From positions 26,910,001 through 26,974,000 of the forward strand of contig CM075987.1 in assembly GCA_038087875.1 (NCBI GenBank): 64,000 nucleotides of DNA, written 5' to 3'. Source of the stretch: Malacoraja senta (taxonomy: Eukaryota). The translations under genes and the position numbers were made by a program. Below are positions 12,259 to 22,899 of this stretch, piece after piece (within the stretch, counting starts at the first letter, position 1; every line of letters starts with the position of its first letter). Under the pieces are notes generated by a model, which saw only the letters and a list, made by a program, of their open reading frames with translations, had not been told where the DNA came from and did not search any database.

Positions 12259-12530
12259 ACCAATGCCAAGGACAGGAAACTCTGGCGAACCATCATCCAA
12301 GAAGGGACCGCGACCTTCGAAGCCAAGGGATGCGCAGACTTTGAAAAACCGAGACGAAAACGGAAAGAGAGGCAGCGACAACCAAAGCCCGATCTGCCAT
12401 CTGGAATTACCTGTCCTGAATGCCGAAGAACTTTCAAAGCCAGGGTTGGACTCATAAGCCACCTGAGAGTCCCTAAAGACAACAGAACGTAGACCATCAT
12501 CCCCGACCTCGAGGGATCGCAACGACGATG
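12259..12530 (+). mobile_element. RTE-clade LINE 3' fragment with C-terminal C2H2-like zinc finger
   Basis: AKDRKLWRTIIQEG..CPECRRTFKARVGLISHLRV; (acg)n-like tail; putative TSD acaca at 12254-12258 / 12531-12535. Confidence 0.8.
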
Positions 12531-12754
12531 ACACATACAAGGATTTGCCTTGGTGCTCCGCTCGCAAGTAACAACAGTAACAATTAAGAATGACAAATAA
12601 AACATTAAACATTAATAATATCATCTCAAAACAAAACGTTCCCGAGTTTTTAAAAGGGAAAACAATTTTAAAAACGAGTTTTTTAAGAAAAAACAGAAAG
12701 ATTGGACAATGGTGATACAGCTGACAAATTGACTAGTTTTTCATAAGGTCATGA

Positions 12755-12895
12755 GGTCATGTGATAGGAGCAGAAATAGGCCATTCAGCCCATCAAGTCT
12801 ACTCCGCCATTCAATCATGACTGATCTATCTCTCCCTCCTAACCCCATTCTCCTGCCTTCTCCTCATAAACCCCTGACACCAGCACTAATCAAGG
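12755..12895 (-). mobile_element. CR1 3'UTR fragment
   Basis: ggccattcagcccatcaagtctactccgccattcaatcatg.. family shared with 5790, 16153, 46530, 57030. Confidence 0.75.
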
Positions 12896-13082
12896 ACTTG
12901 GAGAGGTTACCTCATAGTAAGTTAATGCATAAAGCCAGAACATGGAGTCACATCAGACTACATTAGAGACACAAGACTGTAGACGCTAGAAGATTAAGCA
13001 GAAGTGCTGGAGGAACTCAGGAGACCAGGCAGCATCTACGGAGGAAAAGGGAAGATGGCATTTTACCGCTGATCTCACCGCT

Positions 13083-13610
13083 GGTGGCATGGTGGAGCAG
13101 CAGTAGAGTTGCTGACCCCTGTCCCACTTAGGAAACCTGAACGGAAACCTCTGGAGACTTTGCGCCCCACCCAAGGTTTCCGTGCGGTTCCCGGAGGTTG
13201 CAGGTGGTTGCCGGAGGTTGCAGGTAGTGGAAGCAGGTAGGGAGACTGACAAAAACCTCCGGGAACCGCACGGAAACCTTGGGTGGGGCGCAAAGTCTCC
13301 AGAGGTTTCCGTTCAGGTTTCCTAAGTGGGACAGGAGCATAATTGCAGTGCCAGAGAACCGGGGTCAGGCCCGACTACAGGTGCTGTCTGTACGGAGTTT
13401 GTACCTTCTCCCCGTGACCTGCGTGGGTTATCTCCGAGATCTTCGGTTTCCTCCCACACTCCAAAGACGTACAGGTTTGTACACTTGGTATAAGTGTAAA
13501 TTGTCCTGAGCGTGTGTAGGATAGTGTTAGTGTGCGGGGATCGCTGGTCGGCGCGGACCCGGTGGGCTGAAGGGCCTGTTTCCGCTCTGTATCTCTAAAC
13601 TAAACTAAAC
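13083..13610 (+). mobile_element. HE1-like V-SINE interrupted in its tRNA head by a MITE
   Basis: Head 13083-13115, body resumes at ~13345 and runs to the (CTAAA)n tail. Confidence 0.8.
13118..13335. mobile_element. fold-back MITE (Harbinger-type termini) with 82-bp perfect inverted arms
   Basis: Arms 13118-13199 and 13254-13335 are exact reverse complements; termini cctgtcccactta / taagtgggacagg match the other MITEs. Confidence 0.85.
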
Positions 13611-13734
13611 TTTGTGGCAGAGGAAGATTTGTTAAAACACAAGTTCTAGTTCTGCTTTTGGGTGAAACTGAACGCGGTGAAAAAGATTTCTCAGGCTGTG
13701 TACAGTTAGTTGAAGGGTCTCAGAAGTGGTCAAA

Positions 13735-14386
13735 TTGTATTGTATATTGTATTGTATATCTTTATTGTCATTTCCTGAGTATTCACATACCCAGAGGAAA
13801 CAAAAAAACGTTCCTCAACCAGTGTCCATTCCAGTGTGCAGTAAAAAATAAATAGAAGTAAAAATACATATATCATGAACAAATTAACACTCTACTTTCT
13901 ACTAAACATCAACAGGCGTTCCGATCGGCAGCGGCACGACAGTGGCTCTGCTGCAGTGTGTCCAGGTTGGTGGTTGGTGCACGATACTTTGGCAGGGGGC
14001 AAAGTCCGTTTATCAGTCTTATAACCTGCGGGAAGAAGCTGAGGAGCATCCTGCTGGTTTTGCACCTAATGCTCCGGTACCTCTTCCCAGATGGCAGGAT
14101 GGAGAATATGTGATGGGATGGGTGCTAGGGGTCTTTGATGATGGAGATGGCTCTGCTGATACATCTCTTCCTGTATATGTCCAGCAGGAAAGGGAGTGGA
14201 GCACCAATAATCCTGCTGGCGGTCTTCACAATCCTGTCTAGTTGGTGCCGTTCGTACGCCTTGCAGCTCCCGAACCAGGAAGTGATGCCGTAGGTTAATG
14301 TGCTCTCGATTGTCCCCCTATAAAAAGTTTGTAGGTGTGCAGTGGGGAGACCTGCTTTACGTAGTCTTCGGAGAGGGTGTAGTCCA
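13735..14386 (-). mobile_element. Rex1/Babar LINE 3' fragment
   Basis: Minus-strand translation LRRLRKAGLP..FYRGTIESTLTYGITSWFG..LPSGKRYRSI..SFFPQVIRLIN (with frameshift), aataaag plus (tacaa)n tail. Confidence 0.85.
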
Positions 14387-14439
14387 CATTAAAAATTATA
14401 TATGTTTAAGAAATATAAGATTTTTGAAAAAAATCTAAA

Positions 14440-14629
14440 GTAGACAAAAAATGCTGGAGAAACTCAGCGGGTGAGGCAGCATCTATGGAGAAAAGGAATA
14501 GGTGCCGTTTCAGGTCGAGACCCTTCTTCAGACACAACCGAAGAAAGGTCTCGACCCGAAATGTCGCCTACTCCTTTTCTCCATGGATGCTGCCTCACCC
14601 GCCGAGTTTCTCCAGCATTTTTTGTCTAC
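14440..14629. mobile_element. Penelope pLTR fold-back pair
   Basis: ~90-bp inverted copies with hammerhead-like cores at the centre. Confidence 0.75.
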
Positions 14630-14994
14630 TGTCAAATTATTTATGTTCAGTGATCCAGCTCTGGGATTTGTCTTCAATTGCTCCTTGTGTATTCAGTGCA
14701 GTTCACCAGCAAAACAGCTGTGATTCAACGTCTCACCCCCTTCTTCTGTCGGAAATTGACATCGCAAATACGCACATTATGCACATAGACAGAAAAATGT
14801 GTATTGTCAGATTGTTCTCATCTATAGGCAGCATACAGACAGTCAAAACAAGACAGACCTTGCTCTGAGTTGGCTCCCTTCTTCAATCCGAATAATTTAG
14901 TTTTACCTCAATACTAATCAGGGTGTCAGGGGTTCTGGGGAGAATGGGGTTGAGAAGGAAAGATAGATCAGCCAGGATTGAATGGCAGAGTAGA

Positions 14995-15720
14995 CTTTAG
15001 TTTAGTTTAGTTTAGTTTAGAGTAACAGCGCTGAAACAGGCCCTTCGGTCCATCAAGACCGCGCCGACCAGCGATCCCCGCAGACTAACACTATCCTACA
15101 CACACTAGGGACACAGTGACTTCCATCACAGTGAAGAGGTGCCTGGTGAACTCACTGTGGTGGATGTTAAATTTGTGTTTATTGTGTGTTTTGTTATTTT
15201 ATTATATGTATGACTGCAAGGCAACGAAATTTTGTTCAGACCGAAAGGTCTTAATGACAATAAAGTTTCCATGATCCATGATCCATGATCCATCATCCAT
15301 GATCCATGATCCATGATCCATGATCCATGATCCATGATCCATCATCCATGATCCATGATCCATGATCCATGATCCATGATCCATGATCCATGATCCATGA
15401 TCCATGATCCATCATCCATGATCCATGATCCATGATCCATGATCCATGATCCATGATCCATGATCCATGATCCATGATCCATGATCCATGATCCATGATC
15501 CATGATCCATGATCCATCATCCATGATCCATGATCCATGACATTTTTTTACATTTATACCAAGCCAACTAAGTGTGGGAGGAATCCGAAGATCTCATAGA
15601 AAACCCACGCATTCACGGGGAGAACGTACAAATGCCGTACGGACAGCTCCCGTAGTCAGGATAGAACCTGGGTCTCTGGTGCTGGAAGGCAGCAACTCTA
15701 CCGCAGTGCCACCGTGCCGT
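14995..15720 (-). mobile_element. HE1-like V-SINE split by a plus-strand Rex-type 3' fragment with expanded tail (15114-15540)
   Basis: SINE tail 14995-15113, SINE body/head 15541-15720; gaca at both junctions. Confidence 0.75.
15268..15540. repeat. (TCCATGA)n heptanucleotide tandem repeat, ~39 units
   Basis: Directly visible, with occasional TCCATCA variants; starts just after aataaagtt. Confidence 0.95.
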
Positions 15721-16152
15721 GGGCCAAATGGCCTAATTCTGCTCCTAGAACGTACAAACATACAAATTCCTGCTTGCTCTCCACACCCCTTAAAAAGCCC
15801 GACGCACCTTATTCTCAAATGCAGTCGTCAAATTGGACCAGGAATCCCACAGTCTAAGTGTTTAAACTCACCACGGTTACACACAATGACAAGGTCCATT
15901 TCCCTACCATTCTTTCTGTAGATGCTGTCTGGCCTAGAGTATTTTGAAATAGCTTTTATGTTCCGGAAACAAAATACTGAGATTTATAGGTTGTCAAATA
16001 TTGGTAACGGTTTAATTGAATAGATATATGAAGATAAATGAAGAGATATGGTTTCATGCATGGACGCAAGGCAGCTTCATCCAAAAGGATAAAGTGTGGA
16101 AGAATTCTCGCAAGACTATTTGGGAGAGATGGAATAGCTCCGGTTAGGGTGG

Positions 16153-16470
16153 AGTTCATAAGTGATAGGAGCAGAATTACGCCATCAAGTCTACTCCACC
16201 ACTCAATCATGGCTGATCTATCTCTCTCTCCGAACCCCATTCTCCTGCCTTCTCCCCATAACCCCTGACACCCACACTAATCAAGAATCTATCTATATCT
16301 GCCTTAGAAATATCCACTGACTTGGCTTCCACAGCCTTCTGTGGCAAAGAATTACACAGATTCATCACCCTCTGACTAAAGAAATTCCTCCTCATCTCCT
16401 TCCTAAAGGAATGTCCTTTAATTCTGAGGCTGTGACCTAGACAGAGTCCTAGACTCTGCCACCAGTGGAA
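16153..16470 (-). mobile_element. CR1 3' fragment
   Basis: ORF 16207..16395 RRNFFSQRVMNLCNSLPQKAVEA. Confidence 0.85.
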
Positions 16471-16494
16471 ATCCAGTTAAATTGGGACACGGGA

Positions 16495-16880
16495 GAAACA
16501 TAGAAACATAGAAAATAGGTGCAGGAGTAGGTCATTCAGCCCTTCGAGCCTGCACCGCCATTCAATATGATCATGGCTGATCATCCAACTCAGTATCCTG
16601 TACCTGCCTTCTCTCCATACCCCCTGATCCCTTTAGCCACAAGGGCCACATCTAACTCCCTCAAATATAGCCAATGAACTGGCCTCAACTACCTTCTGTG
16701 GCAAAGAATTCCAGAGATTCACCACTCTCTGTGTAAAAGATGTTTTTCTCATCTCGGTCCTAAAAGACTTCCCCCTTATCCTTAAACTGTGACCCCTTGT
16801 TCTGGACTTCCCCAACATCGGGAACAATCTTCCTGCATCCAGCCTGTCCAACCACTTAAGAATTTTGTACGTTTCTATAA
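16495..16880 (-). mobile_element. CR1 3' fragment, (CTATGTTT)n tail family
   Basis: ORF 16633..16851 RTRGHSLRIRG..FTQRVVNLWNSLP; tail gaaacatagaaacatag. Confidence 0.88.
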
Positions 16881-16979
16881 GAGAAAGTGAAGGGATCGGA
16901 GTCGATGGGATGAATGGTCATGGAATTCCACGGAATCTTGTACTTGTTTACGTTTACAGAAGAGTCCATGGAATTATGT

Positions 16980-17078
16980 TCAAGAAGGAACTGCAGATGC
17001 TGGAAAATCGAAGGTAGACAAAATTGCTGGAGAAACTCAGCTGCCGCACCCGCTGAGTTTCTCCAGCAATTGTGTCTA
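16980..17078. mobile_element. short Penelope pLTR fold-back insertion with 14-bp TSD
   Basis: TSD ccatggaattatgt at 16966-16979 and 17079-17092. Confidence 0.8.
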
Positions 17079-17910
17079 CCATGGAATTATGTGCAGTGGG
17101 AAGGTGGAGTGAAAGGGTAAGTAAATCCCAATGGGTCTTCTCTTGGAGATTCAAAACTCGAGAGCTAGTAAAGTTTACCCAACAGTGACAGAAAATAAGC
17201 AAACTAGCATGTGCCATTTTTAGAAACAAATCTGAAGGAAAGCAATCTTTCACCTATCAGAAGAGAGTATCCATATGCATTTGTTATTTTTATACCAATT
17301 AGATCAGCAATATTTTCCATTCACTTGACAATCATCTTATTTTAATAATTCGCCTTCACCTTAAGCGTAGAGGCTGTAGACAATGACGCATGCACATCAC
17401 TTTGGAAATAAAGTAAGACGATGACAATATGCGGCATCTTCAACGTATATGTCTTAAATGAATGAATAGTTTCTAACCTGGAGCAATTCCACTGGCAATT
17501 CCCCCAATCGGCCTGAAATAAGCATTTCTTGTTTAAATTAGGATAACTTTTACAAACTTTTGCACACTTTGACATGCAGGCAACATTCTGAATCCCACTA
17601 ATGGCACAAGACAAATCTAATGACTGCTTTCTGATTTACCACATTGCACTGATAACTCAGTTTACAATTGGCAGAGTTTCAGCCAAATTGACAGTTCCCT
17701 CATCTCCTCAGTTATCTTTGCTTTATTTTTCAATTTATTTTAAAATGCCTTTTTCAAAAACCTTGCTTTTCTTATTTTTCCTGCCCATCTCTTCTGTCAT
17801 CTGATTATTGAATTGTGAATTATTAACAGAATGTTTTCTTTCACGGTTTCTCAATGAATTTAAGAATGCTGGATTTACATCAATCAATAACCAACTATGT
17901 ATATTGAGAT

Positions 17911-18111
17911 GTTAAAGAAGGAACTGCAGATGCTGGAAAATCGAAGGTACACAAAAATGCTGGAGAAACTCAGCGGGTGCAGCAGCATCTATGGAGCATC
18001 CCCCCAAACCCCCATCAGTCTGAAGAAGGGTTTCGCCCCGAAACGTCGCCTATCTCCTTCGCTCCATAGATGCTGCTGCACCCGCTGAGTTTCTCCAGCA
18101 TTTTTGTGTAC
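17911..18111. mobile_element. Penelope pLTR (subfamily B) fold-back insertion with 16-bp TSD
   Basis: TSD ctatgtatattgagat at 17895-17910 and 18112-18127; hammerhead-like core at 18020-18047. Confidence 0.82.
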
Positions 18112-18239
18112 CTATGTATATTGAGATCTAATAATTCAGACCATATTTCCAATGGCTGCTGTTTCTACGATTCATACATTCAAAGACTCTCCTTGCTTCT
18201 CCGTTGAGAAGCAAGGAGAGGGAAGAATTACATTCCATG

Positions 18240-18480
18240 TTTTTCTTCGCTCATTACAATGCCATGTACGACAATGATCGCAACTTCTACTGAAGTGTGG
18301 ATGGCCGTTGGCTCGCTAGAAGCTCATCCACCCATTGGCAGGTTTTTGGTCCTGCTGGGGGGTCCACAGCCCCCTCCTCCCCTGGCAAACCAGGTGGGGG
18401 AGACAGTTTAGTCGCCGACTACCCGGCCATGGAGCAGATAGCACGGGATTACTTGGTACCCGTGGCGGGGGGAACTCCCG
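18240..18480. other. GC-rich multi-hairpin element, probably an unclassified short retroposon
   Basis: Six to seven consecutive short inverted repeats; strand and family not determinable. Confidence 0.35.
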
Positions 18481-18549
18481 AAAAAGAAGGATATATTCTT
18501 TCATCTTTGGATCCAAATCTATTTTGGCGAGAAATCTTAATTGCCGGTC

Positions 18550-18805
18550 TCTGAGCGGGCTGGGACTCTATTCCTTGGAGCGCAGGAGGATGAGGGGTGA
18601 TCTTATGGAGGTGTATAAAATCATGAGAGGAATAGATGCATAGAGTCTCTTTCCCAGATTAGGGGAATCGAGGACCATAGGACATAAGTTTAAGGTGAAG
18701 GTAAGATATAGGAATCTGAGGGGTACGTTTTTTCACACAAAGAGTGGAGGGTGTATGGAACGGGCGGCCAGGGGAAGTAGTTGAGGCTGGGACTATCCCA
18801 ACATT
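18550..18805 (+). mobile_element. CR1 ORF2 3' fragment
   Basis: LGLYSLERRRMRGDLMEVYKIMRGID. Confidence 0.85.
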
Positions 18806-19462
18806 TCTTTCCAAATCTCACCAAATCTTTCCCCCTTCACCTTAAACCCATGCCCTCTGGTTCTCGATTCCCCATCTCTCAGGCAGTATTGGGGCCAGGA
18901 ATGCACCTTCTGCAGTAGTTCATTAAATTAAGTCAAAGTCTGAAATAATAGATATACGTCAAACACTTGCCTTTTACCAGGAATGTCAAGTAACACGCTC
19001 AAAGCCAACAGGAGACCGAGAGAGATGATTTTCTTCAGAGGTTGGACTGATTAGCCAGGTGACCTCAATCCCCTGTGGTCTCTGCTTATCTGCCGACCAT
19101 ATGTTACAATGAGTTCCGTTTAAAGCTCAGCTTAAAGGGTTTTATTTCATCTCGCCTGTAACCTTTGCTGTTGGCTCCACTTCAGGTATTGTAGCTCAAC
19201 TCACTACAAAAAACCATAGCTCCAAACCACAGAACATTAAAAAACGCTTTATCTCTATATATTGTTTTCACCCAGAATGAAGTTAAGATACAGATGTATC
19301 CTGGAGAAGATTAGAACTCTGCACGGTTACTTAATACGACAGTTAAAGGTGTGTTGAAATTCCAAGAGTATTGCCTGTCTGGCCCTTGTACAGCTACAAG
19401 AATGGGCAAGGGCGACTTCCATGACACACAGCGTTATACATGGGGTTCCTAGGACCAATTGC

Positions 19463-19760
19463 TTAGAGATACAGCGCGGAAACAGGCCCTTCGGCCCACC
19501 GAATCCGCGCCGACCAGCGATCCCAGCACCTTAACACTACCCTACACCCGCTAGGGACAAGTTACACTTACACCAAGCCAATTAACCTACAAACCTGTAC
19601 GTCTTTGGAGTGTGGGAGGAAACTGAAGATCTTGGCGAAAACCCACGCAGGTCACGGGGAGAACGTACAAACTCCGTACAGACAGCACCCGTAGTCGGGA
19701 TCGAACCCGGTCTCTGGCGCTGTGAGGCAGCAACTCTACCGCTGCACCACCCTGCCACCC
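19463..19760 (-). mobile_element. HE1-like V-SINE
   Basis: Near full-length head/V-domain/tail. Confidence 0.85.
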
Positions 19761-20438
19761 TTCTTCAGACTGACAGTCAGGGGAGAGTTACTCCAACTCT
19801 TTGTATCTATCTTTCATCGTGGAAAGTTGTCCGATTGGAAGAGATGACGGTGTTTTGAGGCAATAAAACCCATAACCATTTTGGAAACAGAAAATAAATT
19901 ATTTAAGTGGATGTGGAAAAGGGAGGCAGTAATTTGGCTGTAACTTGTTTGTTGTTCCATCCATTGGTGACCCATGGACTGTCCTTGATCTGACTTCACC
20001 TTGCACTAAACATTATTCCCTTATCATGTATCTGTACACTGTAAACGGCTCGATTGTAATCATGTGTTGTCTTTCCGCTGACTGGTTAGCACACAACAAA
20101 AGCTTTTCACTGTACCTCGGTACACGTGACAATAAACTAAACTGAACTGATCTCATGCACAGAGAGTAGTTACATCATGTTTGGCACATATATGTTGTGC
20201 CGAGGTACAGTGAAAAGCTTTCGTTGCGAAGGCTTAGAGTTGTCACACAGGGAAGATAGACACAAAATGCTGGAGTAACTCAGCGGGACAGGCAGCATCT
20301 CTGGAGAGAAGGAATGGGTGATGTTTTGGGTTGAGACCCTTCCTCAGACTGTCTCAAACTGAGACCCTCAGTTTGGAGAAGGGTCTCGACCAGAAACATC
20401 ATCCAATGCTCCTCTCCAGAGATGCTACCTCTCCCGCT

Positions 20439-20642
20439 TCTTCTTCTGTCGTGTGTCTTTTAGACCTGCAGCTCCGTTGAGGCGAGCCAGGCCAACGTGT
20501 GTGTCATCGTCCAGGTCAATCAGAACTCGTTCACCATTCGGTGGCCGGTGTTTGGGGCAACAGGTGACTATGTGCTCCACTGTCTGTGTTGGGTCCCCAC
20601 ACTCGCAGGAGGCACTCGCTGTCCACGAGGCCCCACCTCTTC
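20439..20642 (-). mobile_element. Vingi/Ingi-like LINE 3' fragment inserted in a Penelope fold-back
   Basis: Minus strand encodes RWGLVDS..SCECGDPTQTVEHIVTCCP (CCHC knuckle, with a small frameshift); tail gacacacgacagaagaagaag; 12-bp TSD acctctcccgct at 20427-20438 / 20643-20654. Confidence 0.75.
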
Positions 20643-21211
20643 ACCTCTCCCGCTGAGTTACTCCAGCATTTTGTGTCGAGCTTAAGTTACACAAGGAACC
20701 CATTTTGGTCATTGAAGTCCCCAGGGGGAGTGAGAGCCTGTACCCACAGAGGAGGAGAAGGAACCCACTTTGCCCACATACCCCTCCCTCTCTTGCCAGT
20801 CTCTTGTGTAGTTCACATCCTTCTTCCATTTCTACTACAAACAAAAAGAAAATTTGAGCAAGATTCCCATCTCCCAACACTCACTCGCTCAGAGCGACCT
20901 TGCAATCCATCCAAGAAGTTAAACTAGTGTTTATTCCCACAGGAATGACTCTGAAATTTTTTTTTTAAACGCTTTCATGAATTCTTTCCAAAGTGCTTGA
21001 GAAAACCTCTGGATGTATTTAACATCAACCGGCCAGCTGCAAGTAAATAGGAGATAAGTGTGTATTTTATGTGGTTGGAATCCTCAGCATGAATCTGCTT
21101 GCTCCCCAAAACTTGATCGCTTTCAGGAGAGAGTGATGGAGCCAGCATCACCCAAAACACTACAACGTTATTCTTTCTCAACGCTACCAGTCAACCTGTT
21201 TGTTCATCTTC

Positions 21212-21564
21212 TTTTTTTTTTTAAATATTTTTATTTTATTAGAAGTAAGTACAATTGTATACAATCATATTTTCATAATACCTTTTATGTACAGCTTCTT
21301 ATTTTTTACATTTTTTGTAATAAAGAAGAAAAAGAAAAAAGTTAGATAATGAAAAATAGAAAAATGTGAGATATATAGTGTGTGAAAAAGAAAAATAGAG
21401 AGTGAAAAAAGAAAGTTGAGACATAGAAAATAGAAGAAAGAGAATAAAAGAAGAGAAGAGAAGAAAAGAAAATAGAAGTAAGGAGATCATTTATAATCTT
21501 GACCATCCCCAGTCACGGATTAGCTTTTACACCTGTGTTGCACCATATGTTTCCAAAAAGACTT
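21212..21564 (-). mobile_element. poly(A)-tailed retroelement 3' fragment (L1/Tx1-like 3'UTR)
   Basis: Poly(T) at the left end, pyrimidine-rich minus-strand UTR, 15-bp TSD tgtttgttcatcttc at 21197-21211 / 21565-21579. Confidence 0.6.
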
Positions 21565-21601
21565 TGTTTGTTCATCTTCAAGTATGTTTCCGCTAGCATT
21601 G

Positions 21602-21859
21602 TCTCAGAGATGTCTCAACCGACTGCGAACCGGGGCCGGGCAGCCAAGGGTGACAATGCACAAATGGGGCTACATGGAGGGTACAACAACCTGTGACTGT
21701 GGCACACAGACTCAGACAATGCAACACCTACTGCAATGCCCATTGCTGGATAATCCATGTACAACTGTAGACCTTGCACAACACTCCAATCAGCGCAACG
21801 ATGTGTACAGCAGTGGCGAGCCACTCGCTATATAGCATAAGGACATGAAAGAAGCAGAA
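21602..21859 (+). mobile_element. Vingi/Ingi-like LINE 3' fragment
   Basis: CLNRLRTG..MHKWGY..TCDCGTQTQTMQHLLQCP (CCHC); tail ggacatgaaagaagcagaag; TSD gctagcattg at 21592-21601 / 21860-21869. Confidence 0.8.
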
Positions 21860-22189
21860 GCTAGCATTGAACACATGGCTGGGCCAATGCTTTGTTTTAC
21901 GTCTCACATTCATACAAAGGGTGGTGGGTGTATGGAACAAAGGACAAGCACCAAACAAGCCTTGGGGTGATTTAGGGGGTGCAGTTCAGAGTTTTGGGTG
22001 ACCTGGGTTCATGCTAAGTAGAAAAGGGTGGTGGGTGTATGGAACGAGCTGCCAGAGGAGGTAGTTGAGGCAGGGACTACGCCAATGTTTAAGAAACAGT
22101 TAGACAGGTGCATGGATAGGACGGGTTACTCCAGGAATGATTAGTAAGTTTACAGTTGACACAAAACTAGGTCGTTTCAGAAATCAGGG

Positions 22190-22621
22190 ATGGACACATA
22201 ATGCTAAAGTAACTCAGCGGGACAGGCATCATCTCTGGAGAGGAGAAATGGGTGGAATCCTTCTTCAGACTGAAAGATGGGGATGGGGGTGGGGGTGGGG
22301 GTGGGGGTGGGGGTGGGGGTGGGGGTGGGGGTGGGGGTGGGGGTGGGGGTGGGGGTGGGGGTGGGGGTGGGGGTGGGGGTGGAAAGAAACAGGTTGTGAG
22401 AAAAGACCAGAACAAAAACAGGGTTGGCAAAAGTTGACCTCAGGAAGGGAGGAGCCCATAATGGCCCACTGTTGGCTTGGGAAGATGTGCTAACATGAGG
22501 GATACCCCTCACCTCTGTCTTCCAGTCTGAAGAAGGGTCTCGACCTGAAACGTCACCCATTCCTTCTCTCCGGAGATGCTGCCTGTCCCGCTGAGTTACT
22601 CCAGCATTTTGTGTCTATCTT
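22190..22621. mobile_element. Penelope pLTR fold-back with internal spacer
   Basis: Inverted pLTR copies 22190-22272 and 22523-22621. Confidence 0.7.
22285..22380 (+). repeat. (GGGGGT)16 G-quadruplex-prone hexamer repeat
   Basis: Directly visible. Confidence 0.95.
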
Positions 22622-22899
22622 CTTTAAGTGCACCTATAACTGCCTACTTAAGGATGAGCAACCTTCTGATACCATCCAGACCTGCCTAAGTGCTCTTGGA
22701 GTTTATATTGGTTGCAAGTTCAATCATCTTTCAACAAGACGGCTTTGAATAGTTTGATTCATTTACTACTGTGCATTGTCACATCGATAGCAAAGTATCG
22801 ATTATTTAGCCACTGCCTTGATGTGAAACTCTGGAGGTCCATTAATACACTGTGTCTTCAAACGTGTAAAACCCAAGAATTTAACAAACATCGCGGGGG

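Noticed and set aside
15126..15538. MDHGSWI-repeat ORFs
   Set aside because: Translation of the (TCCATGA)n microsatellite
18355..18380. GGG-TCCACAG-CCC as P3/L3 of a third HDV-like ribozyme
   Set aside because: No compatible P1, P1.1 GG, J4/2 or P2 could be assembled around it
22137..22560. Poly-Pro/Gly/WG/HP ORFs
   Set aside because: Translation of (GGGGGT)n
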